Assembly: GCA_002633005.1 (NCBI GenBank)
Contig: NMRA01000326.1
Location: 415,456-479,455 of the forward strand
Length of the DNA stretch: 64,000 bases
Origin: Phoronis australis
Taxonomy: Eukaryota > Animalia > Phoronida
Reading direction: 5' to 3'
How positions within the stretch are numbered: position 1 is the first letter of the stretch; the number at the start of each line of letters is the position of its first letter. The translations under genes and the position numbers were made by a program. The notes beneath the pieces are model-generated. The model saw nothing but the letters and a program-made list of their open reading frames with translations, had not been told where the DNA came from and ran no database searches. Positions 44,680 through 57,500 of this stretch are shown here, one piece after another.

Positions 44680-45450
44680 ATGCCACACTGTTGCTGCGTA
44701 CCAGGAAGTACTAATTATCGGCTCACGCGCGCTTTGGGAGTACCTTTGCATCGCTTTCCGATGGATGACACACTTTGCCGTACTTGGCTCGTTCGTGTGA
44801 AGAACGCAGCGTTACCCGTCCACGCAACGGAGAATTACCGTGTGTGTGGCAAGCACTTTCTGCCGTCCGATTACGAAAGGGATTTGTACGTTGAACTGAT
44901 GAAGGTCCCTGCGAAACAACGTCTGAAGAAGGTTGTCATTCACTCTGTGTTGATTCCCGGCAGTGCCCCGTCGCCACCCTCGAGAAGTGCGTATTTGAAG
45001 CGAGAAGCCTCGCGAGCTGTGGCCAGTACAGTGACTGGAGCCAGTGAAGGCACTTCATCTACTGCCGGTCACCCGTGCCTCCGAACGTACCTCAGAGCGT
45101 GCAATTCCTGGAACCAGTAGTGATTCGCTCGGTGCTGTTTTCTCCAGCCCAGAGCCTCTAAGCAGCCCTGCAGCGATATTGAGTAGTGGGAGTGATTACA
45201 GGCTCAGTTCGACACCCAGTGAAGAGGACAGTGAACAGATCGGTGAGCCAAACTTAGATAAGTTTATTGTGGACTTGTCTAAAGTGTTGGAGTTATTTAG
45301 AAGGTGCCAGGTATGTGGCGAGGGAGTCACACGACACGATGTAAGCAGTTTGGGTGCTCAGGTCACCATCCAGTGGGAGTGTGTCGCGGGACACTCTGGC
45401 AAGTGGGACAGTTGTTCCTCTGTCCGTGGTATGCCGGAGGTCCACTTAAC
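44680..45450 (+). pseudogene. THAP domain plus N-terminal part of a Kolobok-type transposase (frameshifted, DDE core deleted)
   Basis: MPHCCCVPGSTN...LHRFP.D..L...W...VCGKHF...DY...RLKK THAP signature; continues in a shifted frame (ORF 45044) to GMPEVHL, then runs into the antisense gene. Confidence 0.75.
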
Positions 45451-45753
45451 CATGTCCAATAGTGGCTTGGCCTCGTCGAACTCTGAACACCACAAGCATT
45501 CCATTGAGGTAGGCATAACAACGCACACAGTGCATTTGCACCAAGATGTGTCACCATGTCTGTCCTCAGTAGCCGCCTCGTTTCTCTCAACAGCTGCCTG
45601 TGCCTGTGCGTACTCTGCCTCGTTATACTCGGGCTCAAACATGTACCCACCCACTGAATGTCCGTGAAAAAATTCCTCGTCACCACTGCTGTGAAAAAGG
45701 TCTCCGTCACTCACACTACTGTCACTGTGATACGGGTCACCGACTCCAGCCAT
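45450..45753 (-). pseudogene. N-terminal half of a KolX / P2X7 C-terminal ballast (Nanor-like) protein
   Basis: MAGVGD...acidic...YMFEPEY...RHGDTSWCKCTVCVVMPTSMECLWCSE; resembles the Zn-coordinating Cys cluster of the P2X7 cytoplasmic ballast; truncated by the internal deletion. Confidence 0.72.
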
Positions 45754-46099
45754 TTTCAGCTTACAACACACTAAACAATCCCTAAATCCAACGTAAATTC
45801 TCTACTAACCTATCTTGCCGCAGAATACTCGCCGATGGAAAGTGGTGGCGACAATTGTTGAAAAACAGCACAAAACAAAAGTAGAATAGAACAGATTCGC
45901 ACGGTAAAGTCAACGCAAAACCAAGTGGCGGGAAAGGCTTGCTTCCTAAAACGTCACTCCCGGAGTAGCGGACGAGTAATCTATAAAATTACGAAAAGCT
46001 GTAATTAAGTGGAAAATATGTCTAGGATAACCAAACAACCTTATTTTAGCTCAAAATGACATGGAAAACAATTTTGATTGAAATCACATCGTCATTTTG

Positions 46100-47300
46100 T
46101 GCACGCAATCTCGTTCCTCATAACACATTTCATAACGTCGGAGCCATTCAATAAACCAAACATATTGAAAAGAAGATAACAAAGCAGAGTTTGTCAATCA
46201 GCAGCATTCCTTTGAAGCAGAACGTATTGGTGAAATGTTAAATAATGATAACATCAATGAAGCCACAGACAATATTCGTGATTTAATTAAGCTCTGTCGA
46301 TCAGCAGCAGGTATGAGATGCAATTCACGGTCAACTAAACATAAAAGCAATGCTTAGTTTGACCAATACTGTTTAAATAATAAACGGGAAACTCGTAGGT
46401 GTCTAGGAAATTGCATAAAAAATCAGTTGAAAATCAGACTCTCTACATACTTCAACGGGGAATATATCAAGCTTTATTAAATACTAAAAACATGCCTTTT
46501 TTGGACGTGAAAGTTTAGAAATTCATTCAATCTTTAAATGCCTCAGACTCAATTTTTTTGGAAATTTGTAAAAAACCAAGAGATACATTAAGACATAAGA
46601 CGTCTAGTGACCAGTGGTTTCATACCTTTGGAAATGGGCACAGCAGTTGCTTTAAGAAAGTCGTTTGAGTAATGAGTACATTCAGTTTGGTATATTTGTC
46701 AAAGAGTTTTTAAGTCGCGCAAACTTGACTCTACAAGTTCCGCAAATGGTACTGAGGGAAATTTTGGAAAGTACTCTGGATAAAGAGAACACGATTGATG
46801 AAATCAAAGTGGGTATAAACCAGATAAAAAAACGATAAATCTGTAGGTGTGGATGGAATTTAGTTAGAGTTTTAGAAATATTGCGCCTCTTTCTTTCCAC
46901 AAACCCTCCAGTTGTTATTCAATCGTATTATAAATACAGGTATTTACCAACAGCTTGGAGTCAAGGGGTAATTGTGCCATTGTTCAAGAAAGGTAAAAGA
47001 GATTCGGCTGAAAACTATAGCGACATAACATGAATGGAAGTTGTAAACAAAGTTTTCTCACAAGTGTTAGTCAACATATTACAGGAATGATCTAACGAGA
47101 ACGACACAGTAAATGAAAACAAGGCTGGGTCCCGGAAAGCGTATTCCACGGTATATTTTAAGTACACTGATAAATAAATTGTATTTCAAAAAGTAGAGGT
47201 AGATTTTATTGTCTTTTTGTGGACTTTCAAAAACCTTTTGGTATAACTGGTAAAGCGTATAATGTTTTACAATCCATGTATGAAAATATTTGTTACTGCA
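46100..47300 (+). mobile_element. Highly degraded LINE (non-LTR) reverse transcriptase fragment
   Basis: Broken frames give LLFNRIINTG / LPTAWSQGVIVPLFKKGKRDSAENY / NENKAGSRKAYST / FYCLFVDFQKPF; boundaries approximate. Confidence 0.7.
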
Positions 47301-47320
47301 GACACAATCTGTTGTGTTTT

Positions 47321-47353
47321 GATATATCTATACATATATCTATACATATATAT

Positions 47354-47428
<75 letters not shown>
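47321..47428. repeat. (TA)n microsatellite
   Basis: Directly visible. Confidence 0.95.
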
Positions 47429-47431
<3 letters not shown>

Positions 47432-48451
47432 TTTCATTACCCATATTGTATATTTGAAGTGCCCCCAGATCTTGGACACGTCACGTGATACTGGCATTTA
47501 AAAGCTCGCCAGTTCTGAGTGCTCTGTAAGCATTAGACTGTGACCACCCTTTCTAGCTGGCTCAGTAGAGATGGTGTAGCTCCTTTAGGACCTTCATACG
47601 CTGTAAGATTTTCGGCAAATTATGCCTCACACTGTAACATCAAAGTCATGTTGTTATAAATATCAAGCATTTTCTTCGAACAGTCTCTCGTTCAGTTCCC
47701 AAAATCGGTAACTGGCCATTTTTACACTCCGCACGCCAGGGATATGACGTCATACCACCTATCGCGCGCAATGTTAAAATGGCTTATTCTTGTTACTTAC
47801 TACTTCAGTTACATCGAAGTAAAAAATGTGAAGGTTCTTATTAAGTGATTTAAAAAAGATCTACATTGGGATCTTGACGTGTGAAGCTTACTCAAATCCT
47901 TCATCCTTACAGCTTCCTAATTTTTGATTGTCGTGCTTGTCAAATCCAGATTTAACTGCTAAATGTAATTCTCAATTACCTTGACAATTTGAAACCCATG
48001 CGTCCAATATTTTTAAGAAATGACATTCTTTACCCACTATAATCTCACATTTTGGTTACTCGGTGCTCATGTCATTATGCTGCTGTGCTTCACAATGAAC
48101 TTGTTCTGTATTTTGTTGACCGTTGTTTTACAACGCCCAATACTATTCAACACGTGACATTTTAATACGTCACACTTGATGTTACAGATAGTGTGCAAAC
48201 TAACACATGGGATTGTTTAAATACCTGATTTACCCACACCGAGAAAAAATAAATTGCAAGATAAAAGTGGTAATGACGTGTTCACCTACAGTTCAAGGTC
48301 CACTGGATTTTATTTCTTTACACTGCTCTGCAGTTTGTCAAAAGGAGCCACAAGCACCCAGGTACGCAGTTGACGTATGCATTTCAATGCACGTGGCTTT
48401 TCACAAGCGTCAGTTGCTGGGTTTATCTTATTTCCCCCGACAATATCGTGC

Positions 48452-48459
48452 TATATAAA
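48452..48459 (+). promoter_or_regulatory. Putative TATA box of the glucanase gene
   Basis: TATATAAA about 45 nt upstream of the ATG at 48501. Confidence 0.55.
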
Positions 48460-48500
48460 GAGCAAAATTGTTGCACCAGTGTTACACACTCAGAGCAAGT

Positions 48501-51500
48501 ATGCTGTATACGGTGGCTTTGTTGTGCTTTATCAGCGCTTCACAAGCGGCTGTATCGAGACCAAACATTATTGAGCTTTCGCCTCGTGGTATCAGGTTCG
48601 AAATAAACGGTAGGTTTTACTTGTATACGCTACGTGGTTACCTCTGATTCAGTGCAACGTCATTGGTTGTGTCAAAAGAATTCACCAAGTGTGCTATCTA
48701 CATGGCGTGAAAAAAGGGAAAACAATGAACCACAGACAAAATAAGATATGGTGATGTTTTGGACCCAGTAAACTATCTATCTATTATTGTGTAACAGGAG
48801 TGCCCTGGACATGATTATGTAAGTGAGATATATGCGCCCTCTAGTGGTCAAGCTGTGTATTACGTATGGAATTTTCCTATGATGTTGAGTCCTTTGGACA
48901 TGGCCAAATATGGTCAGAAGCTAGGAGCTATGGGCCTTGCCCTTCAGATCGTGTCTGATTGGTTGAAATTGTGTACTTAAGCTTTGTCTCTGTCAGACAC
49001 GAGGAGTCCAGTCGCAGAGTTCAAGGAGCAAACATTAACACTTTCACTCACACCAAATTACAACTGTTTGTGCAGCTTTCGGGCTCCTCCCGAACTTGGT
49101 TGCCAACAGTTTAGCCCCATGCAATTCTCGGGCTCCTCCCGAGCTTGATTGCATCTCACCTTTCGGATCTGAATAACCAAATTGCCCCGTTCTTGCACAC
49201 ACAACTATTAATCAGCGACTGGCTTGCCCGTGTATCAGAACTGTATAAATCACAACGCTGCGATACTAAATCATGGAACAACTGGATTGCTTGTAAGTGT
49301 GGAATATTGTAGTTATATATTCTTACAATAAACCCATGTATTATTCACCAACTTTTAGTTTTCAACATCACCCTCAGTCCGCACCGGGCTCGTAAAATCG
49401 GGGCGCCTTGGTCGTAGATACCGCCCCCGTTACAATTGTATAACAAAATGATTGAGAACATTAAAAATTAGTTTGGTTTTTAGGATCATTTGTTATTCCC
49501 TGATTTTTTTTGTACAGATAGTCCTGGTGTACGGCTGGTAGCAGTTCACTTTAATGTCAACAAACCACTGTCAGGAACACGAGCTGGTGATTGGAACGTC
49601 GACATTCGGTCCAAGACAAGTAAGCAACATGCACGGCTGCAGGCGCTCGATAAGCGGACAACGGGCCCTGCACAAACGGTCAACGGGCCCTGCAGAAAGG
49701 CAAAAATGTCGCAATGTCGAAATTTGGAGCACGGTTGCTTCTCGATGCAGCCTTGGTGCAAAGCTATACATTAAATGTGTAGCTAGCTGTATTTTAACGA
49801 TAGTCATCATACAACTAACTGGTTGGCTAAGTATTAGTTAGCTGTAGTTTGACGGTAGTCTTCATATAACTAACTGACTGGCTAAGTGGTATCTAACTGT
49901 ATTTTGACTATAGTCTTCATACAGCTAACTGACTGGCTAAGTGGTATCTAGCTGTATTTTGGCGATAGTCTTCATATAACTAACTGACTGGCTAAGTGGT
50001 ATCTAACTGTATTTTGACGATAGTCTTTTGGCTAGCTAAGTGGTACTTAGGTGTATTTTGACGATAGTCATCATACAACTAAATGACTGGCTAAGTGGTA
50101 CCTAGCTGTATTTTGACGATAGTCTTCATACAGTTAACTGGCTGGGTAGGTTCGAAGCAACATGTCTCACCCTGTCTGCATGAATGGCCAGCTCTGACAC
50201 TTTTAAGGGTAAATGAGCTATATCTCCGAAATTAGTACCCGCTGACACCAAACTCCTTTATCCGACTACAACTTTCCCAAATACGCAGACTTGGTCAATG
50301 AAAATAGTGTGCTATTATGAACAAAGACGTTATTTTGGACACTCAAGGAAAAACTGATCCTTAAGAACTTGTTTTCTTGTGTTAGTTGACGCCAATAGTT
50401 TAATTGCAGGGTTCAAATCTACGAGTTAATGAAGACCTAGTATTGTATAGAACTACGCATTTCCTTCATTTCCATTCTTATTAAAACCTAACCACTGGCA
50501 CACTTGCATGTTTGCCACGGCTTCCGTGCCCAGCCTGTGGCACTGCTAGACAGGTGCACCGAATGCAAGAAACAAATGTCGAGGTATGGTAAAAATAGTT
50601 GTATTATACATTTTATGTAAAGATACAACGAATGTTTGTCTTCGTTTTCATTTAAAGCAAATTCATTCCTACGCATTTAAAAAAACACAAGTGCTGCCAA
50701 TTCTAACTAAGTGTAAAAAGTTGATAAATAACTCCAAAAATTAAGTGGAAAAACCTGACACGAGATTGTTCTACTGGACTTTCACCCCAATATGACGTAC
50801 TTCAGTATTTCAGGCGGCAACACAAGTCTTGTTGTGACCAGTCCCTCTCCAAGTGCTGTGGTCACTCGAGATCGAACTCGAAATTGCTTTCGTCATTTCC
50901 GTTTCACTTTTTGTGAGTGCAAGAAAAATTTTGATTATCCAGTGCTCAAGAACATTGTGGTTTATGAAAATGTGATTCTAGTAGAATAGAAAAGGACAAA
51001 ATTAATCTCGAGTAAAATTAAAGATTTGACCCTGACCCTGTTGCTTTCAATATGGTTTGTATTCTTTCACAAGGTGGTGTGTTAGCATCTTGAAACATAT
51101 TCCTCTATTGTACCCCCCCCCCAGCTATTCCTAGATCTTTAGTGACTGTTGCCAAGGCTTAAGCCTAATCGTCTTCTACAAACAAATCACAATCTAGCAC
51201 AGTATAGAAACTAATGATCTTCAAATGTTTCATATACTTTACTGGTTACATATTTTTTGATTCGCCACCTATGAAAATTTTTTGAAAACAGAGCGATTTA
51301 AACAGGTATGAAGCCACTGACTTTCATTCATCATAAATCGTCATATTGGTGACAATGCCTTGTGTCTTGAAGTCAGAAAAGCAAACGAAATTCCAAGACA
51401 GGTGGTGCATCAGCTTTACTTGTACATTTAAAAATAGTAACACAGTTTTCATGCTGAAATTCATCCTGGAACAAAGTCAAAATGAACAAAATCCAGTGGC

Positions 51501-54500
51501 GGATGGGGGGGGGGGTCGCTTTGCGAATTGCCAACTAGCATATGCGTGCACCCAAGGGAGCTCGGGGGGCGAATGCACAATGCATAGCTCTTGAATAAAC
51601 CCCGTTTGCCTTTTTTTAGTAATAAGGTCCAAAACCCAAAAATTCGAGACCCCTGCATCCCAACATTTTAGGCTGGACGGCCGCATGTGGCGAAATTCTG
51701 GTTATTCCTGTGCCCTGCCCCCTTAACTCAGAATCCTAGATCAACACCTGAAATCCTTTAGACTTTTGTGTAATATGGTAACAGCAGCCGATTGTTTCAT
51801 CAAACTCGTTTCACTAAGCTCACAAAAACACATGTACAAGTGTAAAGACACGCCACTCAAGTTTTGCTTCCTGTTTTAGATGGCAAATGGGTGTACGAAA
51901 ACAAAAATATTGACATAAAGAAAGGCGATCGAGTATATTATTGGATATACCAGGTTCGTTATGGCCTTGGAGAACAACTGACGAACCAGATGCACACCGT
52001 GTCAAAGGGAGGCAGTGGCAACACAGGCGGAAATACAGGTGGAAATACAGGTGGAAATACAGGTAAGAAGGCTGTGAGACGCGCAAGGAACAAAGTTAGG
52101 CATCGCTAAGTGTGCATAATTAAGCGTTAATGAAAAGTTGTTTCATGGTGCTTTGGGTAGAGGTTTGAATTGGTATGTTAGAGGAAAGGTTTCTTAAATA
52201 TTGCCCTTAATTGGCGTTACAGCCACGGCAAAGCATTGAGACATATTTGATGTATTTACACGACTGCAAATTTAAAACCTTTTAGTTGAACGTTTTAGTT
52301 CAAACAATTTAATATAAGAATGCGTTTTGTTTACATGATAAGTTTGATACTACTACGAAGTTAGTTGAGCGTAAGCTGTGTGTTCTCGTTCTAAGTGTTA
52401 TTAGCAATGTTAACCTGTTCAGTGTTCTAATGTATGGTTTATTTGGTTAAAAGCTGTTCCCACAACTAGTCTACAAATTCTGTAAAATACAAAATAGAAT
52501 ACTTTGTAAAATATTTTGTAGGTGTATCTAGTCTTTGCTTTTGGCTGCCGTATTGTTCTACCATTCCGTTGATAGCAGAATACAGAAAAAGAAGTAGGCA
52601 GCTTCATGCCGAAATTTACAGGCACGTCTGTGCCAGTGAGCGCGTGTGACAACTCATCACCTGTGGTCATTGCATGTACACTGTTAGGAAAGACACATTT
52701 TTAGATAAACTGAAATATGAGGTTTGTAGGTGGCAACCTTCGACTTGTGTTGGACGAGCAGTTCAACGGAAATTCCCTGAACACAAACAACTGGGACTTT
52801 GAAGTCACCACCTGGGGAGGAGGTGTGAGTATACATGTGTGACCCACTAGGGGAGCTGTGAGTATATGTGCACGTGACGCAAGGTGTGGGCCGTCTATTT
52901 GGTATTGATCACGTGGGCTCAGTCAGTAAAATTGTCTTAACGCGAAAGCTCGTCAAAGTTCCTGACGAAAGTACCATCTTGCAATGTCTAGTACGGAATG
53001 ATTCACTTTCCCCGGTGAAGGAATTTCCTGAAATAATTCACAGAATTCACGATATTTGAAATACGCAGCAAGGAAAAACTTTGTAGTCACCACAAAGTTT
53101 CTAATCTCCCTCCCACTTAAATAAAGGCGCGCAGGCGATCACAGTCAGCTGACTAACAAGATCAACAGTAATAGTAGATTATCATGTGTGACTGCACTCC
53201 GAATCTGACAGCTCAGTAAGCGGGTCAAGTAAGCAATGTACAAAAAATAATTAATATATTTGAATATTACGACACCTTTATAACTATTTTTATATAGTTA
53301 GGACTTATACCAGTTGCCTCTTAATTGGAATGACTGCTGCTTACATGTAAGTCGTCATCATTTTGTTTACATCCAAAGTCAAAGGTCACATTTCCCGTAT
53401 AAGGGAAATGTACTGCGTCTGTCTTGCAATACCAAATAAGGAGACAGACTTTGCATTGTGGGAGAAAAGTCTATGAAATGACAGGCAGTTGACAGATCAT
53501 TTTTCGAAATTTGAAACCAAAAGAAAAATTCACAACAAAAATTCAAAAGCTTTACGCGCAAACCGTAAAGATGACTGGTGAGCAGGTTGAATTCTATCTC
53601 AGTAGCCCAGAGCCAATCTGAATTATGCAAATTAGTCTTTTTTTCGCGTTCCACGCATCTTCAAGCTTACGTAAACGTAATTATCAACTAATTGTTTTTC
53701 ACCAACAGACGAACACATTCTTTGTGAACGTTTGAGCAATTACTTCCTGACGTTTCGTTATTATGCGTTCACAACAACACCAGACTATATAGAGCATGCG
53801 AGCATCACAGTGTTCTCCCATAACGAAGCCATTGCGGTATGTTCGAAGATTTCTTGTAATCGCCAACAGCTCTTTCGCGCCTAGTCTGAACGTTGTTCAA
53901 GATTGTTGATGTTGTTCTAGTAACGTTACAAATAGTCTACCTTTTGTGAGTGTTGCCTTCGGCCATTTGATGCAACTAATGACATGTCATGCTCGTTTCG
54001 AAAGTCGTCAATGAAAATTGTAAAGCATACACTCAACGAAAAAACTCGAACGTCGGGGTTCAGTGATCAACGTTCCCCTAACTCATTGAAGAAATCTGTA
54101 GAAAACATCAGCGATAGTTTACTAATACGGTGACTTTGAAGACAACTTGTTGACTACAATAACAATCACAAATGCACGAAATTCTGTGAAGTAACATCAG
54201 ATTTTCTATCACGGGAGAAGCAGCTTTTAGAAGTCATCAGTTGGGCCGTTTAAGTTTCCCACATGGGACAATATCGTTGGCCAAATTTTGATCTCCGTCA
54301 GCTCTCTTGTGTCAGTCTACGTCACAGCATAGAACTCTCGGACTGGATTGCCACGCGCGGCTGAGATTGTCACGTGCCTGCGTGGGTAGTTGTTTGCGGC
54401 TTCTTGCTGTAGAATATAGGACTGAGGGTGTTGTTTTGGAACAGAAAAAAGCCAGCCGAGTTCACGGCCCAACTCATTGGTCCTGCAAGTCAGCGCTTGT

Positions 54501-57500
54501 TCTATGCTCAGATCGAGTGGAGCTTATATAGACTGGGTCGAGGGGGTTGTGGGTCGTGGGTCGAGTGGGTCGTGGCGGTCCACTAGGGGATTTTAGAACA
54601 ATCCGTTTTGTACAAACGAAGTAAGTTTAGAACTGTTATCACCAAAAACTTCATCCGATCAAACTCTTTCTATATTTTTGCAATATTTAGCAGTTTTATG
54701 GCCCAGAAACGAAGGATTATCTGTTCGCGATTCGGAAAGTCGGGAAGCCGACCGTGGATACTACTGCTGCCGAGCTGATCGGTGAAGCCATGTACACGTA
54801 TAATAATTTCGAAAGTTTGCAGTTTAGAAGACTATTGGCCCTTCGGAATATCGGCTCTTACCGGTGGGAATTGTATTTCCATCTTTTGGCTGCTCGGACA
54901 AAAAGCCCTTCGAATTATTGACCCTTAGGACCCATGGCGTTAATGGTCCTATATTCACATGTTCAAATGCTTTCAGACATGAGCTAACGATCTTATTGCT
55001 CATTTCTCACATGTTTACACGCATAGCTTATTCCTCACATATTCATTCGCTTACAGACCATAGCTAATGGCCCTACTTCTCAGATATATTAACTCGCTTA
55101 CAGACAATATTTAGCTAATGGCCCTATTCCTCACATATTCACTCACTTACAGACCACAGCTAATGTCCCTATTCCTCACATATATTAACTCGCTTACAGA
55201 CAATATTTAGCTAATGACCTCATTCCTCACATATTCACTCACTCACAGACCATAGCTAATGGCCCTATTCCTCACATATATTAACTCGCTTACAGACAAT
55301 ATTTAGCTAATGACCTCATTCCTCACATATTCACTCACTTACAGACCATAGCTAATGGCCCTATTCCTCACATTAACTCGCTTACAGACAGTATTTAGCT
55401 AATGACCCTATTTTTCACATATTCTCTCACTTACAGACCATAGCTAATGGCCCTATTCCTCACATATATTAACTCGCTTACAGACAGTATTTAGCTAATG
55501 ACCCTATTTTTCACATATTCACTCACTTACAGACCATAGCTAATGGCCCTATTCCTCACATATATTAACTCGCTTACAGACAATATTTAGCTAATGACCT
55601 CATTCCTCACATATTCACTCGCTTACAGACCATAACTAATGGCCTTATTCCTCACATGTTTTCGTTCAATATTTTAATCAAACTAACGTGAAGTCAAAGC
55701 GGAACGAAATGAGCAAATTTTTGTCAGAAACGGAAAGTATTATTCATGATCAGTTGCTTTGAATGAGAACAGCGTTTTTTGGGTCCATTTGATAAACCGC
55801 AGTCACGATTTGATTACTTTTCTTTTCAGAACAACGAATTTCAAATTTACACACCAGAAAAGAAAAACACCTTCGTAAAGGATGGGAAACTTTTTATAAA
55901 ACCAGTAAGTCTCAGCTTAAACATTAAATGTACTCAATTTCTCTAGAATATTGTTTTAACTATGTGTTATCTACGTGTGCATGTAGTTTCTACGGCTTGT
56001 TGTCAATTTGTGCAATGTTGTAACTGAGTGCTTGTTGAATGACGCTCGTAAGACTTCTGTGACGGAGTGCCATATACTTGTATAAGCCGATGGGATTTAC
56101 TCTTCCGTATATCAGGCGAATTTCATAGGACACAATCGAATACTTAGAATAAAATGAACATTTTTGGCTGTCAATGGTTGCAATCATCGCCAGGGAGATG
56201 GTTAGATGGACTTTCAGTGAAGTGGTGAAGTTCCCGCCTTAGGCCACGTAATACGTCATCAATGTCATTTTGATGGTGATCGGATGCATTGACAGTCGAA
56301 GGCTAAGTACTCGATTGTGTTCCATGAAATTTGCCTAATATTTGACTCACCAATTGGATGAAATTATTTTCTGAGCTTTTCTCTTCCTTTAGACTCTTAC
56401 ATCCGAAAGATTCGGGGAAGCATTTCTAACTTCTGGAGTATTGGATCTGAAAAGTAAGAATTTGAAACCATGAACATGATTAATGTATGCTAGATGCCGG
56501 TCAAAACGATACATCTTTAGAAACTAAGGCTTATATCTTATGTGTTATGCAAATTGATTCATGCACCGAATATGTTCATAGGAGAAGGCATTAAGTGCGC
56601 ACGTCATGTCTTCAATTTCGGTGCATATCTTGTCTGAAAGAAAACAGTTGTTCAAAGCAATATAAAAGTAGCTAGTCGACACTACGTGACACATTGTTTC
56701 TTTCCTTTGATTAATTACAAGTCGACACTACGTGACGCATTGTTTCTTTCCTTTGATTAATTACAAGTCGACACTACGTGACACATTGTTTCTTTCCTTT
56801 GATTAATTACAAGTCGACACTACGTGACACATTGTTTCTTTCCTTTGATTAATTACAAGTCGACACTACGTGACACATTGTTTCTTTCCTTTGATTAATT
56901 ACAAGTCGACACTACGTGACACATTGTTTCTTTCCTTTGATTAATTACAAGTCGACACTACGTGACACATTGTTTCTTTCCTTTGATTAATTACAAGTCG
57001 ACACTACGTGACACATTGTTTCTTTCCTTTGATTAATTACAAGTCGACACTACGTGACACATTGTTTCTTTCCTTTGATTAATTACAAGTCGACACTACG
57101 TGACACATTGTTTCTTTCCTTTGATTAATTACAAGTCGACACTACGTGACACATTGTTTCTTTCCTTTGATTAATTACAAGTCGACACTACGTGACACAT
57201 TGTTTCTTTCCTTTGATTAATTACAAGTCGACACTACGTGACGCATTGTTTCTTTCCTTTGATTAATTACAAGTTTTATAACTCGGTGTATTTAACGCCA
57301 TTCTACGCACTGTTTTAACAATTTCGACATTTCACTATTCCGCATGGGCAGTGCACCATAGGGGCTCGGGGGGGGGAGGGGGCTATAGCCCCACGTTTTT
57401 CAGTGCTGCGTCGCCCATGTTCCAATACACCTTACTCTCACTCTCACGTTATTCCACTATTCCAACACACCGTACTCTCACTCTCACGTCATTTCACTAT

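Larger units (their letters stand above)
44442..46068 (+). mobile_element. Kolobok-type DNA transposon, internally deleted (THAP-transposase on +, KolX/P2X7-ballast-like gene on -)
   Basis: TTAA (44438-44441) followed by AGGAGAAGGCAACC; about 95 bp inverted repeat, 44457-44552 vs 45973-46068, with the outermost ~15 bp of the right end missing; THAP ORF from 44680; Cys/His segment KFIVD..LELFRRCQVC..WECVAGH..W; convergent ORF with YMFEP and WCKCTVCVVMPTSMECLWCSE. Confidence 0.8.

Noticed and set aside
45044-45667. 207-aa ORF as a novel protein overlapping an antisense gene
   Set aside because: A chimeric read-through across the deletion junction; its C-terminal part is the antisense of the KolX-like gene.
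45358-45771. Host P2X7 purinoceptor gene
   Set aside because: Only the Cys-rich ballast-like segment is present, with no P2X channel domain; it lies inside TIRs and is truncated.
47219-47501. YI/IY-repeat ORFs
   Set aside because: Artefacts of the (TA)n microsatellite.
51494-51750. hAT-like MITE (CAGTGGCGGAT...AGATCAACACCTG)
   Set aside because: The TIR match is weak and only a 5-bp flanking match (AAATC) is seen rather than 8 bp; insufficient support.
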